Assembly (NCBI GenBank): GCA_020184695.1
Contig: JAANOX010000055.1
Location: 197,082 to 261,081, forward strand
Direction: 5' to 3'
Origin: Histomonas meleagridis 2922-C6/04-290x
Lineage: Eukaryota > Protista > Parabasalia
Length of the DNA: 64,000 nt
The translations under genes were made by a program, and so were the position numbers. Positions 29,901-42,605 of the stretch are shown in pieces. The notes under the pieces were generated by a model. That model made no database searches. It was not told the DNA's origin and saw only the letters and a list, made by a program, of their open reading frames with translations. Every line of letters begins with the position of its first letter. Positions within the stretch are counted from its first letter, which is position 1.

Positions 29901-32900
29901 ATTTGATAAAGAATTTAAATTAATTAAACTTGCTAATTTCAATGGGTACAACTCGAGTGAAATTCCAATAGAGTCTTTCATAACAAATATGCCTGAACAA
30001 TTTTTTTTCAAAATTACTGGTTTTGCTAAATAACATTTTCTTAATTCATTTCTTTTATCATCATTTAACAAAAATATTTTTACAATTAAATCGATTACAT
30101 CATCTAAAACATAATTATTATCGCTATTAACAGCTGATAATGTATAAAATAGTACATTATGATAAAATGTTAAATTATAAAAATTACATATATAAGTGTC
30201 TTGATGATGAATACGTTTAAATAATTTAGCAATGTCACGAAATGACCATTGTGGTATTATTGTATTTCTTAAATTATTTAATTCAATCATATATTTACCA
30301 ATTAGTCTTGAATCTGCTTCATTCATAATTCGCATTTGTTCTCCATTTCTATAACATTTTTTTGCCATGTACCAACAAATATTTAAAATATCACTTTCAG
30401 TTTGTTTCGGATAATTAAAATATCTAAATCTTGATGAAATCGAATCTGGTATTGCGTTAGTTCCTATTGAACTAAGCTCATTTTGATATGCAATGAAAAA
30501 GAATTGAGAATTAACAAAAACTAATTCATCAACGCCTGGAATAAATATTTGTTCACCTAAATTGGGTTCTAATGCTGGTGCTAAAGCTTTCATACATTTT
30601 GCTGTTGATAAATTCATATTATCGGCAATAAATGTTAAACCATTATTCATAGAATTTGTTAATGGGACCTCATTACAAAAAATAACTTTTCCATTTTTAA
30701 TTGTGGTTGCCCCATAAAAATGACTTGGTTGTGTTGCTGCATGAAATGAATGTATTTGGAAATGTGTATTATTCCTAGTTTTAATTGGGCGGATTGAAGC
30801 AAATGCTCTAATAGTAGATGTTTTTCCTACACCTGCTGGTCCTGAAATACATACAGGTAGCCAATTAATGATGCAGCAAATATTTTTGTAATAAATTCAC
30901 GAAGTGATGGTGAATCTTGAAAAAAGAAATAATTATCATCTGTTGAAGATGTTTGTTTTAATAATGATAGTAAATAGTTTTGAATTTTTAAGTTTGGTTT
31001 AAAATACTCATTTGAATTCAACATATTAACGGAAAATTCAACAATATATTTTGGTAAAATATTATTCTTAATTAATAAATTAGAATATTTTACAATAGCT
31101 TTACATAAAAATGAAAGATTATACATTGTAATTTTTGAGTTAAATATATTATCATATACAAGATCTATTAATTCTGATGTTATTTCAAATTGGGTTTGCT
31201 TACTATTTTGAATCGATGAACATTCAAATTCTTTTTCATTTTCTTCGATAAAGCTTGTATCATTTTCGTGATTAGCTTTATTAAATCGGTTCATTAAAAA
31301 TTGAATAAGTTCTTTTTTAGATTTTTCTTCTATTGAATCTAATTGATTTTCAAGTACAATTACATTAAATCTATTTAAAAATGAAGGTGAAATTAAATTG
31401 ATTTTTTCGATATCACATGTACATATAAGCCTAAAGTTTGGGTCAATTAAAATTTGAGCTTGCTGAAGACTTCCAGGAATATTAAACATCTTTTTTGATT
31501 CAAAATATTTTTGATCAAGAAGACTATATAAACTTTCTATAACAATTGCAGGAGCTTCATCGACAAAGTCAAGTACAGAACATTTTCCATTTTGAATGGA
31601 TTCTGTATGAAAACCTGGCACCCATTTTAATGATTTCTGTCCATCATCAGCATTCTTAATTAGTTTTTGTTTTCCAAATAAATCAGAACATCTTGTTTCC
31701 TGGGTACATATACAAAATAATTCTTTGACTTCTGTTTCATTTGCTTTTTTATTTCTTTTATTATACCATTTTGAAGCCCATTTTGCTAACTGTGTTTTAC
31801 CACAACCTTTTGCACCAGCAATAATTATATGACGGCCATTATTAAGGGAAAATAAAATTGATTTTAATGATCTTGTAAGTGATTTATTATGAAAACATTC
31901 TGGAAAATCTTTTGGATATTTAAAATCATCTTTCTTTTGACTTAGTAAAACATATTTATTAAGTATATTTTTTTAATGTTTTTCGAAAGTTTTTTTGATA
32001 TCTTGCTCCATAAATTGTTGAAATTGTTTCATTTGGATTTGCCCCATTAACAAGTGCATGAATTGATGCAATCATTTCTCTAATTGTAAAAGAATAATTA
32101 TCTTTTTTAACTTCTGGTTTCCCTGACCATTCTGTATGAAATTTAACAAGTTGTTCAATGATATTTAATGTGTTGCTATTACATTTAAATTTCATTGCTA
32201 ATCCTTGACTAATTTTTAAAAGTTCTTCTTTAGTATATGGCATAAAATTAATTTTTTGAAAAAGAGAGCAAAATTTAATATTTATATCTTGAGTTTGATT
32301 TTGAAATCCTTTACTGGAATTACTTGTTGTGATAAGTCTGAAATCTGGATGCATATATACTTCTTTTAATGGCATTCCAAGCGCTTTAACCTTAATTACA
32401 CCACTTTCAATTGCTTCTTTAATATATCGTAATATTGAAGGTGATGCTAAATTAATATCTTCCAATAGTAAACATTTTCCTTCAGAAAATGCCTGTAGAA
32501 ATGGACCTGGTTTTATCACATTACCTTCCCATGAATTAGGATCATTTTCAAATTTTTCTATTAAATCACTAATTTTTGTTTCTGAATTTAAATGAAAATG
32601 TATTAAAGATTTTTTTGTTATGTTACAAATAATCTCAGCACTAAGTGTTTTAGATGTTCCTGTTGGACCTTCAATTAAAACAGGAACTCCAACTAATAGA
32701 TAATCATAAAGTTTTGATAATCTTTCTTTAGCACTTTCAGTTAAAACGAAATTTTGGTTCAAAAGTTTTTCTTCATTTAAATCAAGTTTAGTTGGTATGT
32801 TTGCATTATCTTTAATTTTTGTAATAATTTGAGCAAAAACAGGGTTTTTGTTTTCTTTATCATCACTTTTTGGCGTTAAATTTTCCTGATAAACTTTTTT

Positions 32901-32975
32901 CTCATAAACATATATTTCTTCTGCACTACTTTTTTCTTTATGTTCTTTTTTTTCTGCTAATTCTACTGGCAACAT
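26940..32975 (-). pseudogene. Midasin/dynein-related multi-AAA ATPase, frameshifted and 3'-truncated
   Basis: Six Walker A motifs in order: GPTGTSKT, GAKGCGKT (about 31800, outside the ORF track), GPAGVGKT (about 30820, other frame), GNSGFKT, GKPGQGKQ and GNTASGKS. Walker B examples LLLEDINLA and LDFVDEAP. Pieces are joined by single-base shifts. Confidence 0.8.
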
Positions 32976-33139
32976 ATTTCAATCTTATGAATGAACAACA
33001 AGTTTGTCAATCTTCATCACTTCACATAGTATATATTGAATAGAAATTGATCGACTTCATTTTAACGAATTCACAAAAAAGTTTTTTTGACAATTGTCAC
33101 AAAATTTGAATTTATATCTGGTTTTATTATGAAAAAAAA

Positions 33140-36100
33140 ATGGAAAACAAAGAATTTTTATTCCATCACTCGAAGTACAGAGAACAAGCATATTACCTAA
33201 AAGGAGTCTATGTAAAGAAGGAAATAGAATTTTCGCAACTTTTGATTGCAACTTTAGCACCACAATTCTGTGAATCACCTCATGACATGCTACGTGCTGC
33301 TATTCGCTTAGCAAGTTACAATGAAACACTGAATCAAGGTGGTAAAAATGGGAAAATTATTGCTACTTGCAAAAACATCAGTTTTTGCCAAAATATTGCA
33401 ATTTCTCGAAGCAAACATCGGCGCTATGTCAAGCCTCTTCATTTTTTGATTATGCCAACTCTCCAATTTGATAGTTCTAAAATCGAATTTTCAATAGATA
33501 AAATCATAAATTTTTTAAGAAAAAAAACAAAAGGACGCAGCACCCTTGCTCAATTGAAATCTGTGATTGATAAAATATGCGAAAATTCAGCTATTGAAAT
33601 TCATGATAGATATCATAAAGTCAAAAATCTTCTTATTTCTGAACATTTAGAACCATTTCGGAAATCATGTAATAGCATTCCTATTTCATATGATTTTACA
33701 CGACCAATTTCTTCAATTAAAACAAAATATCCTATTTACACACATTGTGTGTGCAGTAGTAATACACATTTATTTGTTTTAAATAATAAAAAAAATTTAT
33801 TAGTTCATAAAATTTATAATGGAATCATTTATAAACCAGAAAAAATCAAATTAAATAATTTAGATATTGATGATAAAACAATTATGTTTTGTTCTCTTTT
33901 ACATTTATATATTAAAACTAAAACTAAAGTATATCAATTTAAATTATGTGATTTTTATGTACTAGATAAAAATTTACAACCAACCGAAGCAAAAGAAGAC
34001 GAATTTAAAAATATTATAGCTGCATGTTCAGATGGGTCAACATATTTATTGTTTAATGAAGACAATTCAATTACATATTCCAGTGAAAAATTTCAAAAAA
34101 ATATCAAATTTCCATTTAAAAATGCTTTTGAAAAAGAAAATAAAAATTTAATTTATTTAACAAATGGAATGATAATATCTGTTATGAATAAAAATGGAAG
34201 TTCTGTTATTACATCTTTATTAGATGGAACAAATTCAACTACGAAATGTTCATTTAAAGAAATAAATGGCGAAATTGAATCAGCAACAATTAATTCATAT
34301 CATGAAGTTATATTTGTTTCAACAAATGTTAATGGGAAACATATAATTTCTTCTTATTCTTGCAAAGGTGCTACAAATGTTTTATTAAATGACTATTATT
34401 TCCAAAGGATCAATAACAAAGATATAAATGAATCTTTTGATCAAATTCTTTTTTATAATATGTTAAATTTATCTTTTTCACGTTCTATTCCTGAATCATT
34501 AATTGTAAAAAGTGATGATGAATTAATTAAATTTACCAAATTTATCATTGATATTAAACCAAAAAATAAACTTTTGAAAGGACTTCTTCTTCTTTTAGAT
34601 TTGAATTTAACGAAATATCATAATGAAATTGCGGCACAAATTATTAAACCATTTTTAATTAATCGTCTTAATATATCAAATAAAGAAATGAAAAACATAA
34701 TTTTTGGAGTAATTATGAATAATGTTGACTTGTTTTACGAAACACAAACAAGTGAATTTCTATTTTTATTTTCAGAAATCATTGCAAATAATGAAGAAGC
34801 AAATAAATATTCTTCTTTTTTAGATTGGGCACTTCGACAATTTTGGTATTCATCACTTGCATCTAAGATAATTATAGATGATGAATTTCTCGAAAATTTA
34901 TTTGGTGCATATTGGCAAAATAAATCAGTATATGATGATTGTTGGTTATTTGATTATATTCTTATTTGCCAAGAAAACTTTATTGACTCTGCTGTAGAAG
35001 TTGTTGAAGAAGATCCAATGAACATAAACAATTCATTTATAATTGATGATATATGTGCATACAGTAATATGTTATATGAAGAATTTTCTAAATGGTTATT
35101 TGATTTCGTTATTTTAGATAAAAATATTGTTGATTCTAATAAGATTATATATAATTTATTTATTAATTTTATTGCTCTTGCTCCTCCGTTACTTTCTTCA
35201 TTTAGAATTGCAAATGTTATAGCAAATTATAAAGCTCAAGTTATATTAGAAATATGTGAAATTTTAGATTTTTCCAAGAATGTTTATCTTATCATCTATT
35301 TTTTAATGATTTATATCTCTGCTATATCATGTTTAATTAGTGGTGGTGGTGTTTATCAATGCGAAATAGATTATTCTTGGTTAATTAAAACTAATTACGA
35401 AAAATCTAATATTGAAATTAATATACCAGAATATGATGAAAATATTAATTATATTAATTTAATAAAAAATCAAAAAATTAAACAATTTATTGAAAATGAT
35501 TTAGATAAATTAATTAATTTTCTTCAAAAGAAAATTCAAAAATTTAATATTAAACAAATGAAATGGATTGGTATTATACTTTTAATTGTAGTATTAAACC
35601 AAACAAATCTTTTTAATGTTTTTCTCCAAGAAAGTTCTAAAAATAATATAACTAAAGAAATGAGTTCTATTGTTTCATGGGTAATAACAGAATGTAATTA
35701 TATTATTCGAATTAAGCAAAAAGGAGATATTAAAAATTTAAATCAACTTCTAATGAATATGTTTACATTAATTGAACTTAATCCATCTTTTCCTGATTTT
35801 TCAGCAAATATAAATAAACAAGATGAATATTTGAAAAATCTTGAAGTTTTCATTCGTAAAAATGACCCTATTTTATTTTTTAAAGTCATAAAATTGTTGC
35901 CAAAAAGAATTGATGGCATTATGGATGGATTCAAAAAGATTTATCAAAATACTTATAGTGAATATTCAAGGTTTTTAATAGAAGGACTAGTAAAAAATGA
36001 ATCATATCAAAGACTTGATTATTTGTTATCTTTAAAAGAATTTAATAATGAAGAACTTTCAATACTTCAAATGTTTTCTAATTTCTTAAAGGATTTGATT

Positions 36101-39100
36101 AAAAATTATCAATTTTATCCAAGTTTAGAAGCTTTGTTTACAATTCTTGGAACTTGTAAAAGTTTACATGATTTTGCAATTGAAAAATTAAAATTTTTAA
36201 TTAAGAAACTTCATATAAAAGAAAATTCTGCAATAAGATTTACAATTATTGGGTTAGCAATTGAAACAGGTACAATACTCGAAGATCTTTATCAACCTGG
36301 TAAATGTAAATTTTTTAAAATTTTGGCTTTTAATTACGATGATAAAGTATTTGCTAAATGTGACGCCAAATATATTCTTAATAAAATCTTTGGAATAAAA
36401 AATTGGAAAAAAAATATGTCTTTAGTAAAACTTGTTTTTGATATTTTAAAGAATAAAAATTTAAATCCCGATGAACGTTCATATTATTTAAGGAATTTAA
36501 TGAAAATTGATGATTCTATGATAGAGAATTACTTTAGATATTATACAAATGCACTTTTTATTTACTCATTTCGAAATTTATTAAATCAAGATTCTGAAGT
36601 ATCAGAAATGGCAAGAGCATTTTTATATTCAATTACAAATGAAGCTTCAAAGAAAGAAATAATACTTCTCTTTGCTATTATTGCTGCTGATGGAACAGAA
36701 CTTGATGATCCATTTGTATTCCGAAATGAAGAAGGAAATTGGTTAAATTGTAAGTATAATGAAGAATTTTATTTAAAATGTGTGAAAGTTCCAATAAATC
36801 CACATAGTAAACTTATTCCTTTGGCAGATAAAAAGATTTATGAAACAATTCAATGGGAAGAACTTCAATTAGAAAAATCAATTGATCTTGACGCGATTTT
36901 ATCATTCTGGGATAAATGTATGAAACCTAATAGAACATTTTTAAATAAATTATATATCCAAGCATTAATTCGTTATATATCAGAAAAAAAGATTTGTATA
37001 AATACAGAAAAATTTAAACAAATTGCTCTGACAGCAAAACCATTTACTGATTATTATATGTATTGTTTCAGGAAAAATAATGTTAAGGAAAAATTTATTC
37101 ATTGGAAATCATTGCCAAGTGATAATGATTTTATATGTAAAATTAAACAAAATGATTGGTGTCATTTATTTCTAATCAATTTTGTGCTTCTATCTGTTAA
37201 TAGCTTAAATATTGAATGGAAAGGCAAAGGTTATATTCACCTTAGAAATAAAAATGATGTTTATATAGAGTTACCATCAGGAAGAATATGTGGAACAGAT
37301 CAAAAAATTTCTTTTGAAGGCTTTATTATTATTGAATATATAAAACAAAATAATATTATTAATATTAATGGATTCCAATATTATACTGATATCACTAATG
37401 CTTTTTTGGAATTTATAATTGATTCTTTTGATAATATTGATATTCAGGTAATTAAACATAAATATGATGATGATGATATTTATGAAATTATTCAAAATGA
37501 AACAATAAAATATTCGAGTAATGTTCAATTTATAGGTGGGGTATTAAACATTAATGAGAATATATCAATAAATGATAGAAAAGCCAAAAATTCATTATAT
37601 TGTAAAGATGCAGATTTGATGCAAATTGATTTTATGAAAGAAATAACTTTATCAAGAAGTACATATTTTTACATGCAAAGAAATAATTTGATTGAAATGC
37701 GCGATCAATTAAAAAGTGTTTTAATTGCATTAGCTATTTTATATGGTAATGATATAATTGACAAAACAATACAATTATCATTTATAAGATCTGCCGTCGT
37801 ATCACTTATAGGATCAGAAAAAACAAAAATTGGAAACGATAAATTCCCATATGAACTTGATTTGGGATTTTTCAATTATTGTTCTAGTGGTTTACTTCAA
37901 AACAAGAACTTTCAATTTATATTTCTTGCTGCAAATAAACTTATTAAAAATGAAGAATTTATGGATTTGCTCGGAAAAGAACTTGTAGAAATGGCTGGTG
38001 ATTATAAATATCATAACCTTCTTTATAAAAGCGAATTAGTATTTATATCAAATAATGAAGTAAATAATTTCCAACCAATGGAAAATGATTATGTAATAAC
38101 ATTTTCTGATGGTTCAAAAGGAAAAATTAAAATTGATAATAGTGGGAAATGGATTGTTGATACGCCACTTATATTTTTACTTTTATTATGGATTTATATT
38201 GAATATTCTACTACTTCAAAGCAAAGGCTTTATGCAAAACGTGCATTAATTGATTGTTGGATTATAGATTCCCCAATGATAAAGAAATTTTTACCTGAAT
38301 TCCTTTCATATATGCAAAGGAAATTAGATTTTTTACCAAATGATTATGATCATAATCAAACTTATATTAGTCATTTAACTTGGCTCTCAAATAATAATCA
38401 AAATAATATGCAATTAAATATATTCTTGAATACTGAAAAACAAATGATGAATATGAATACATTTTCACAATTATGTTTCTATAAAAATGATGTTTTAGAT
38501 ATCGAATTAGTTAAAGAGAATATGAAACCAAATGTTTTGCTTAATATTATTCATTTGATGAAACATTATAATAGTTCAAATAATTTCACATTTTGGGATT
38601 TTTATGCTATTTATGAAGCAATAACAAAATGTACAAGATATATCTTATGTAAAAAAGAAGAATGTCCTTTTGAAGTTAATAATAATAAAATTAAAATTAC
38701 AAATCCAACTAAAGAAACAGTTTTATTTATAATAACATTTAGTTGTTCACATGAAATTAAAACAATAATAACTGATGATGAAAATAATATCGAAAATGCT
38801 GAACAAGTTTCATCTAAAACAAATAATAAAAAACAAATTATTGAATATATTTTGAATCCAAATAATATTAAATATATAATTTTGGATTCAAATGAAATAG
38901 AAAATATTAATATTAAAGCATATCAAATTCTAAATAATAATGAAGAAGAAGATGCAAATGAATTTCAAAATTGTATTCAGAAGTTTGCAGTTGATTGGAA
39001 AAATGAAGACACAGATGAATTACTTATGCAATGTTCGACATTTGATTTTGCTACAGAAGATTTTAATGCATTTAAATTCAAAACACTTGAAATGAAAAAG

Positions 39101-40420
39101 TTAATAAATAATTTTGGAATTATTACTGTGCAATGTAAAGCTGCTTGTATATATCTTATTAATTCATTGTATACACAACTTAATAATAATAAAAATAGAA
39201 ATGATTTGGATGAAGAAATGTTAAAAATAATCAAAGAGAATTCGTATTTGTTACAATATAAAAATCGATTTTCTATTTTCAATATTTCACGTGATATAGA
39301 TCCAAAAAATCAAATTTTATATCGAATGTTTTTAATGCATAAACTAATTTTCGATGCAAATAAAGCATTAAGCTTCTCAACTGGTAACTCAAATAATATT
39401 AAAGATAGTATGATATATCAATTTTCGAAAGGGATTAAGCAATATGAATTACGATATAAATTAACTATTTGGGGAATTGGCTTTAAAAATGAAAGTGCTT
39501 TAGATTTAGGAGGTGTAACATATCAAACGATAATGTTAGCAGCAGATTCATTTTTAAATATTAAAACAGGATTATGTATTTTTGCTCCTAATTTTTCGAT
39601 GAACTCGACAATATATGAAGTAATTCCATATCCTACGAATTCTGATAAAGATGTCGAAAATATGTTTTATGCATTTGGCGCAATATTAGGTTCAATAATT
39701 CGATTATCATTACCACAAAATATTCGATTTCCATATTTTGTTTGGAAGTTTTTAGCAGGAAAACCTATCACAATGAATGATGTATATGAAAGCGACGTAA
39801 GTTTAAAGATTCGAATTGATGACATGCGTGAAAACATAAATCATTTTAAATATTTTTGGGAATATATTGATTGGGATCATTCAACTAAGAAAATTAATGG
39901 ATTTCCGAATGATAAACCAATTGATGAAGAGTTCATTGATGTATATGAAAGAATTGTAATTAATTTGAGAATTAAATCAATTGAGAAATGGCTTTTATTG
40001 ATTCGAAATGGATTTTATTATAATCAGTCGATTACTGATCCAACATTATTAAGTGGAGGATTACTTAAATATTTATGTTGTGCGGATATACTCGACACAA
40101 AAGGAATTATCGAACATTTGGAATTTATAAACGAAACTGAAAAACTCAAAAATTTCTTCATTAAAATTTTGGAAGAATTCGATCAAGAAAAGATGAAAAA
40201 TTTCTTAATTTTCACAATCGCACAGCCTTCGCATCCCAATTTTAATGATTTCCCGACATTTACTATAAAAGTTGAGTTTACAAATGGGGACTTGGTACGA
40301 TTCCCTACTTCATCAACATGCGCACAAACGATACAATTACCAAAATATGAAACAATCGAAGACATGAGAAATAAACTCGAAAAAGCAATCAATAATTGTG
40401 TCGAAATGGAAAATGGGTAA
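33140..40420 (+). CDS. Giant HECT-domain E3 ubiquitin ligase
   Basis: 2426 aa; C-terminal FKNESALDLGGV, FPYFVWKFLAG, FDQEKMKNFLIFT and FPTSSTCAQTIQLPKY (catalytic Cys). Confidence 0.88.
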   Translation: MENKEFLFHHSKYREQAYYLKGVYVKKEIEFSQLLIATLAPQFCESPHDMLRAAIRLASYNETLNQGGKNGKIIATCKNISFCQNIAISRSKHRRYVKPLHFLIMPTLQFDSSKIEFSIDKIINFLRKKTKGRSTLAQLKSVIDKICENSAIEIHDRYHKVKNLLISEHLEPFRKSCNSIPISYDFTRPISSIKTKYPIYTHCVCSSNTHLFVLNNKKNLLVHKIYNGIIYKPEKIKLNNLDIDDKTIMFCSLLHLYIKTKTKVYQFKLCDFYVLDKNLQPTEAKEDEFKNIIAACSDGSTYLLFNEDNSITYSSEKFQKNIKFPFKNAFEKENKNLIYLTNGMIISVMNKNGSSVITSLLDGTNSTTKCSFKEINGEIESATINSYHEVIFVSTNVNGKHIISSYSCKGATNVLLNDYYFQRINNKDINESFDQILFYNMLNLSFSRSIPESLIVKSDDELIKFTKFIIDIKPKNKLLKGLLLLLDLNLTKYHNEIAAQIIKPFLINRLNISNKEMKNIIFGVIMNNVDLFYETQTSEFLFLFSEIIANNEEANKYSSFLDWALRQFWYSSLASKIIIDDEFLENLFGAYWQNKSVYDDCWLFDYILICQENFIDSAVEVVEEDPMNINNSFIIDDICAYSNMLYEEFSKWLFDFVILDKNIVDSNKIIYNLFINFIALAPPLLSSFRIANVIANYKAQVILEICEILDFSKNVYLIIYFLMIYISAISCLISGGGVYQCEIDYSWLIKTNYEKSNIEINIPEYDENINYINLIKNQKIKQFIENDLDKLINFLQKKIQKFNIKQMKWIGIILLIVVLNQTNLFNVFLQESSKNNITKEMSSIVSWVITECNYIIRIKQKGDIKNLNQLLMNMFTLIELNPSFPDFSANINKQDEYLKNLEVFIRKNDPILFFKVIKLLPKRIDGIMDGFKKIYQNTYSEYSRFLIEGLVKNESYQRLDYLLSLKEFNNEELSILQMFSNFLKDLIKNYQFYPSLEALFTILGTCKSLHDFAIEKLKFLIKKLHIKENSAIRFTIIGLAIETGTILEDLYQPGKCKFFKILAFNYDDKVFAKCDAKYILNKIFGIKNWKKNMSLVKLVFDILKNKNLNPDERSYYLRNLMKIDDSMIENYFRYYTNALFIYSFRNLLNQDSEVSEMARAFLYSITNEASKKEIILLFAIIAADGTELDDPFVFRNEEGNWLNCKYNEEFYLKCVKVPINPHSKLIPLADKKIYETIQWEELQLEKSIDLDAILSFWDKCMKPNRTFLNKLYIQALIRYISEKKICINTEKFKQIALTAKPFTDYYMYCFRKNNVKEKFIHWKSLPSDNDFICKIKQNDWCHLFLINFVLLSVNSLNIEWKGKGYIHLRNKNDVYIELPSGRICGTDQKISFEGFIIIEYIKQNNIININGFQYYTDITNAFLEFIIDSFDNIDIQVIKHKYDDDDIYEIIQNETIKYSSNVQFIGGVLNINENISINDRKAKNSLYCKDADLMQIDFMKEITLSRSTYFYMQRNNLIEMRDQLKSVLIALAILYGNDIIDKTIQLSFIRSAVVSLIGSEKTKIGNDKFPYELDLGFFNYCSSGLLQNKNFQFIFLAANKLIKNEEFMDLLGKELVEMAGDYKYHNLLYKSELVFISNNEVNNFQPMENDYVITFSDGSKGKIKIDNSGKWIVDTPLIFLLLLWIYIEYSTTSKQRLYAKRALIDCWIIDSPMIKKFLPEFLSYMQRKLDFLPNDYDHNQTYISHLTWLSNNNQNNMQLNIFLNTEKQMMNMNTFSQLCFYKNDVLDIELVKENMKPNVLLNIIHLMKHYNSSNNFTFWDFYAIYEAITKCTRYILCKKEECPFEVNNNKIKITNPTKETVLFIITFSCSHEIKTIITDDENNIENAEQVSSKTNNKKQIIEYILNPNNIKYIILDSNEIENINIKAYQILNNNEEEDANEFQNCIQKFAVDWKNEDTDELLMQCSTFDFATEDFNAFKFKTLEMKKLINNFGIITVQCKAACIYLINSLYTQLNNNKNRNDLDEEMLKIIKENSYLLQYKNRFSIFNISRDIDPKNQILYRMFLMHKLIFDANKALSFSTGNSNNIKDSMIYQFSKGIKQYELRYKLTIWGIGFKNESALDLGGVTYQTIMLAADSFLNIKTGLCIFAPNFSMNSTIYEVIPYPTNSDKDVENMFYAFGAILGSIIRLSLPQNIRFPYFVWKFLAGKPITMNDVYESDVSLKIRIDDMRENINHFKYFWEYIDWDHSTKKINGFPNDKPIDEEFIDVYERIVINLRIKSIEKWLLLIRNGFYYNQSITDPTLLSGGLLKYLCCADILDTKGIIEHLEFINETEKLKNFFIKILEEFDQEKMKNFLIFTIAQPSHPNFNDFPTFTIKVEFTNGDLVRFPTSSTCAQTIQLPKYETIEDMRNKLEKAINNCVEMENG

Positions 40421-40518
40421 AATTTTAATGTTTTTTATCTATCTAAATAAACGAAAAAATTATATTTCAAACAGAATAATGTTTATAGATGTGAAACATT
40501 CTTAGATTCCGCAAACAT

Positions 40519-42132
40519 TTAATTTTCTTCACCATCTTTTTCGTCATTTTCTTCTTCATTTTCATTTGTTACTTTACTTTTATCTGTTTCATCGCTTTCA
40601 TTTATTTCTTTGCTACGTTCGATGATATTGTTTTCATTAATATGATCTGTCGAATCACTTTCGCTCATTTCGTCGTTGTGGATGCTTTCGATTATTATGT
40701 TTTCGTCGTCGGATTTGTTTTCGTTCTCCATGATGTCAGTCGATATTATCGAAAGCGTTTCCGCAGTCGATGCCTCATAGCTACTCGGCGCTAATATACT
40801 GTTTTCGGAGAGCGCCAACGCGGACAAGTTATCCGTCGGCTGCGAGAACAGAGCGCTTGCGGACGTGATTGAGAACTGAGACTCGATGTGTCTTAATTGA
40901 TGTTCTTCATTTGTATCTTTTTCGTTTTCTTCTTCTTTTGTCTTCGACATTATTTCGAAGTTTCGACTTATTACATATACTGCGCATTCCATCGCTTTCG
41001 TTTGTATTGTCTTGAGATTCATTACGAGTTTCTTCATTGCATATGTAAATGTATGTGGACTCTTTCGATCGTAAATATAACTTTCGCCCGAAATTTTCGA
41101 CGTCTTTAAGTCAATGTCATTCGGAACAGAGAAATTCGCATTCATCTTACATAAGTCCCAAAATAAGCGATGGCATGCCTTAAACAATAGCTTGGTCGCT
41201 TCTTTGAAGCTCGAAATCGTTTTATTTACTTTAAGTTTTTGTGATGTGAAAACATCACTGATTCCTTTGTTGTTAATGTAATGGATTTCTGTGGTCAAAT
41301 TAAACTCGGGAATGGGTGAAGAAACAACTTTGCCAATGACTTGAAGAAGTTGAATCAGTAAATAAAGGCCGCGATCAAATTCATCGGGTGATACAATATC
41401 TGGTGTATTGGTACCAAGACGATTCCCATTAATGGTGGCATAATGGCGACAAGTGGAAAGATAAAATGTTGAGCTTAACATTATTGAGCCAAAACCCCAA
41501 TCGCAATCACTTTTGGAATCTGTATTGATTTCAGTGGATGCTGTTTGATTGATGTGAGATTGAGCATGTGGTGGAATTGGTGGCAGTGGGAATTTAAACG
41601 CATCAGGTTTCTTCATTTTGATTTGATTACTGGCATTAACTTCTAGAAGTGGTGAAAGTTGAGATTCGATCTCATTCATTGTTTTATTGAGAAACACTTC
41701 TGACTCTTGAGTAATGGAATTGCTCTTTAAGTTTTTGCTTTTTTCTGTAAAAAATGAAACTTTCGATTTTAATAATCTGCTTAAAAAAAATGCACACTTT
41801 TGACAAATAGGAAACTCATTAAATCCTTCAACCTCAGTAAATGCAACTAAGTTTTCGAAACTTGGCTTTTTCTCCCAATTTGTATAATCTTGAATTACAA
41901 GTTCGATTTCATGTTCTACGCTAATGTCTTTAATTGGACCTTGTTGGTGAGTTGTAGATTTTCTTTTTGTTTGATCTGGTTTTGGATCTAAAACATTTGG
42001 CGAAAGAAATGAAATATTTTTACAATGTTTACAAACAAACATAATTTTTTCTCCTGGCTCTTGTAAAAATATTTCTAGGTTACGGGGTTTCTGGTTATAA
42101 GCTAATGTTGAAAAACGCTTGGTTCGATTCAT
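40519..42132 (-). CDS. ATG6: Beclin-1/Atg6-like protein with acidic C-terminal tail
   Basis: FPICQKC; YATINGNRLG...EFDRGLYLLIQLL resembles the BARA motif (GTINxxRLG...EINAAWGQxxLLL); FTYAMKKLVMNLK. Confidence 0.7.
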   Translation of the reverse strand: MNRTKRFSTLAYNQKPRNLEIFLQEPGEKIMFVCKHCKNISFLSPNVLDPKPDQTKRKSTTHQQGPIKDISVEHEIELVIQDYTNWEKKPSFENLVAFTEVEGFNEFPICQKCAFFLSRLLKSKVSFFTEKSKNLKSNSITQESEVFLNKTMNEIESQLSPLLEVNASNQIKMKKPDAFKFPLPPIPPHAQSHINQTASTEINTDSKSDCDWGFGSIMLSSTFYLSTCRHYATINGNRLGTNTPDIVSPDEFDRGLYLLIQLLQVIGKVVSSPIPEFNLTTEIHYINNKGISDVFTSQKLKVNKTISSFKEATKLLFKACHRLFWDLCKMNANFSVPNDIDLKTSKISGESYIYDRKSPHTFTYAMKKLVMNLKTIQTKAMECAVYVISRNFEIMSKTKEEENEKDTNEEHQLRHIESQFSITSASALFSQPTDNLSALALSENSILAPSSYEASTAETLSIISTDIMENENKSDDENIIIESIHNDEMSESDSTDHINENNIIERSKEINESDETDKSKVTNENEEENDEKDGEEN

Positions 42133-42605
42133 AACATACTTAACGTTCTCCTGTTTTTGTCCACAGTCAAATATTTGAAAAGGTTAGATTTTGAAACATT
42201 TACAAAAAAATTATGGTGATAAAATTACTTTTTTTGCCAATTTATAATTTTTTGAAAAGAAAAATTTATTAATATGCCTCAAGTTATACAAAAGCTTTAC
42301 TAATAGTATCACTAGTAAATAAATAATACTCGGTTCTTTATGATTGTTTTCAAAAAATTTAAAGATAATTGTGATCTATTGAATATAAGCATCCATGTTT
42401 TTGAGAAAAAAAAAAAAAAAAAGTGTGATCATTTTTATTAATAAGTTTTTCAGAATAACAATAAACAAAAAGAATATTTAATAGTTTATCAAATAATTAA
42501 TAAATATTCCTTATATTTACTTTAGTTATTTTCAACTGTTAAATGCTTTTCCTTATAAAAACATCAAATTTAAACATTTAAATTTTTTATTAATTGCGCC
42601 ATAAC

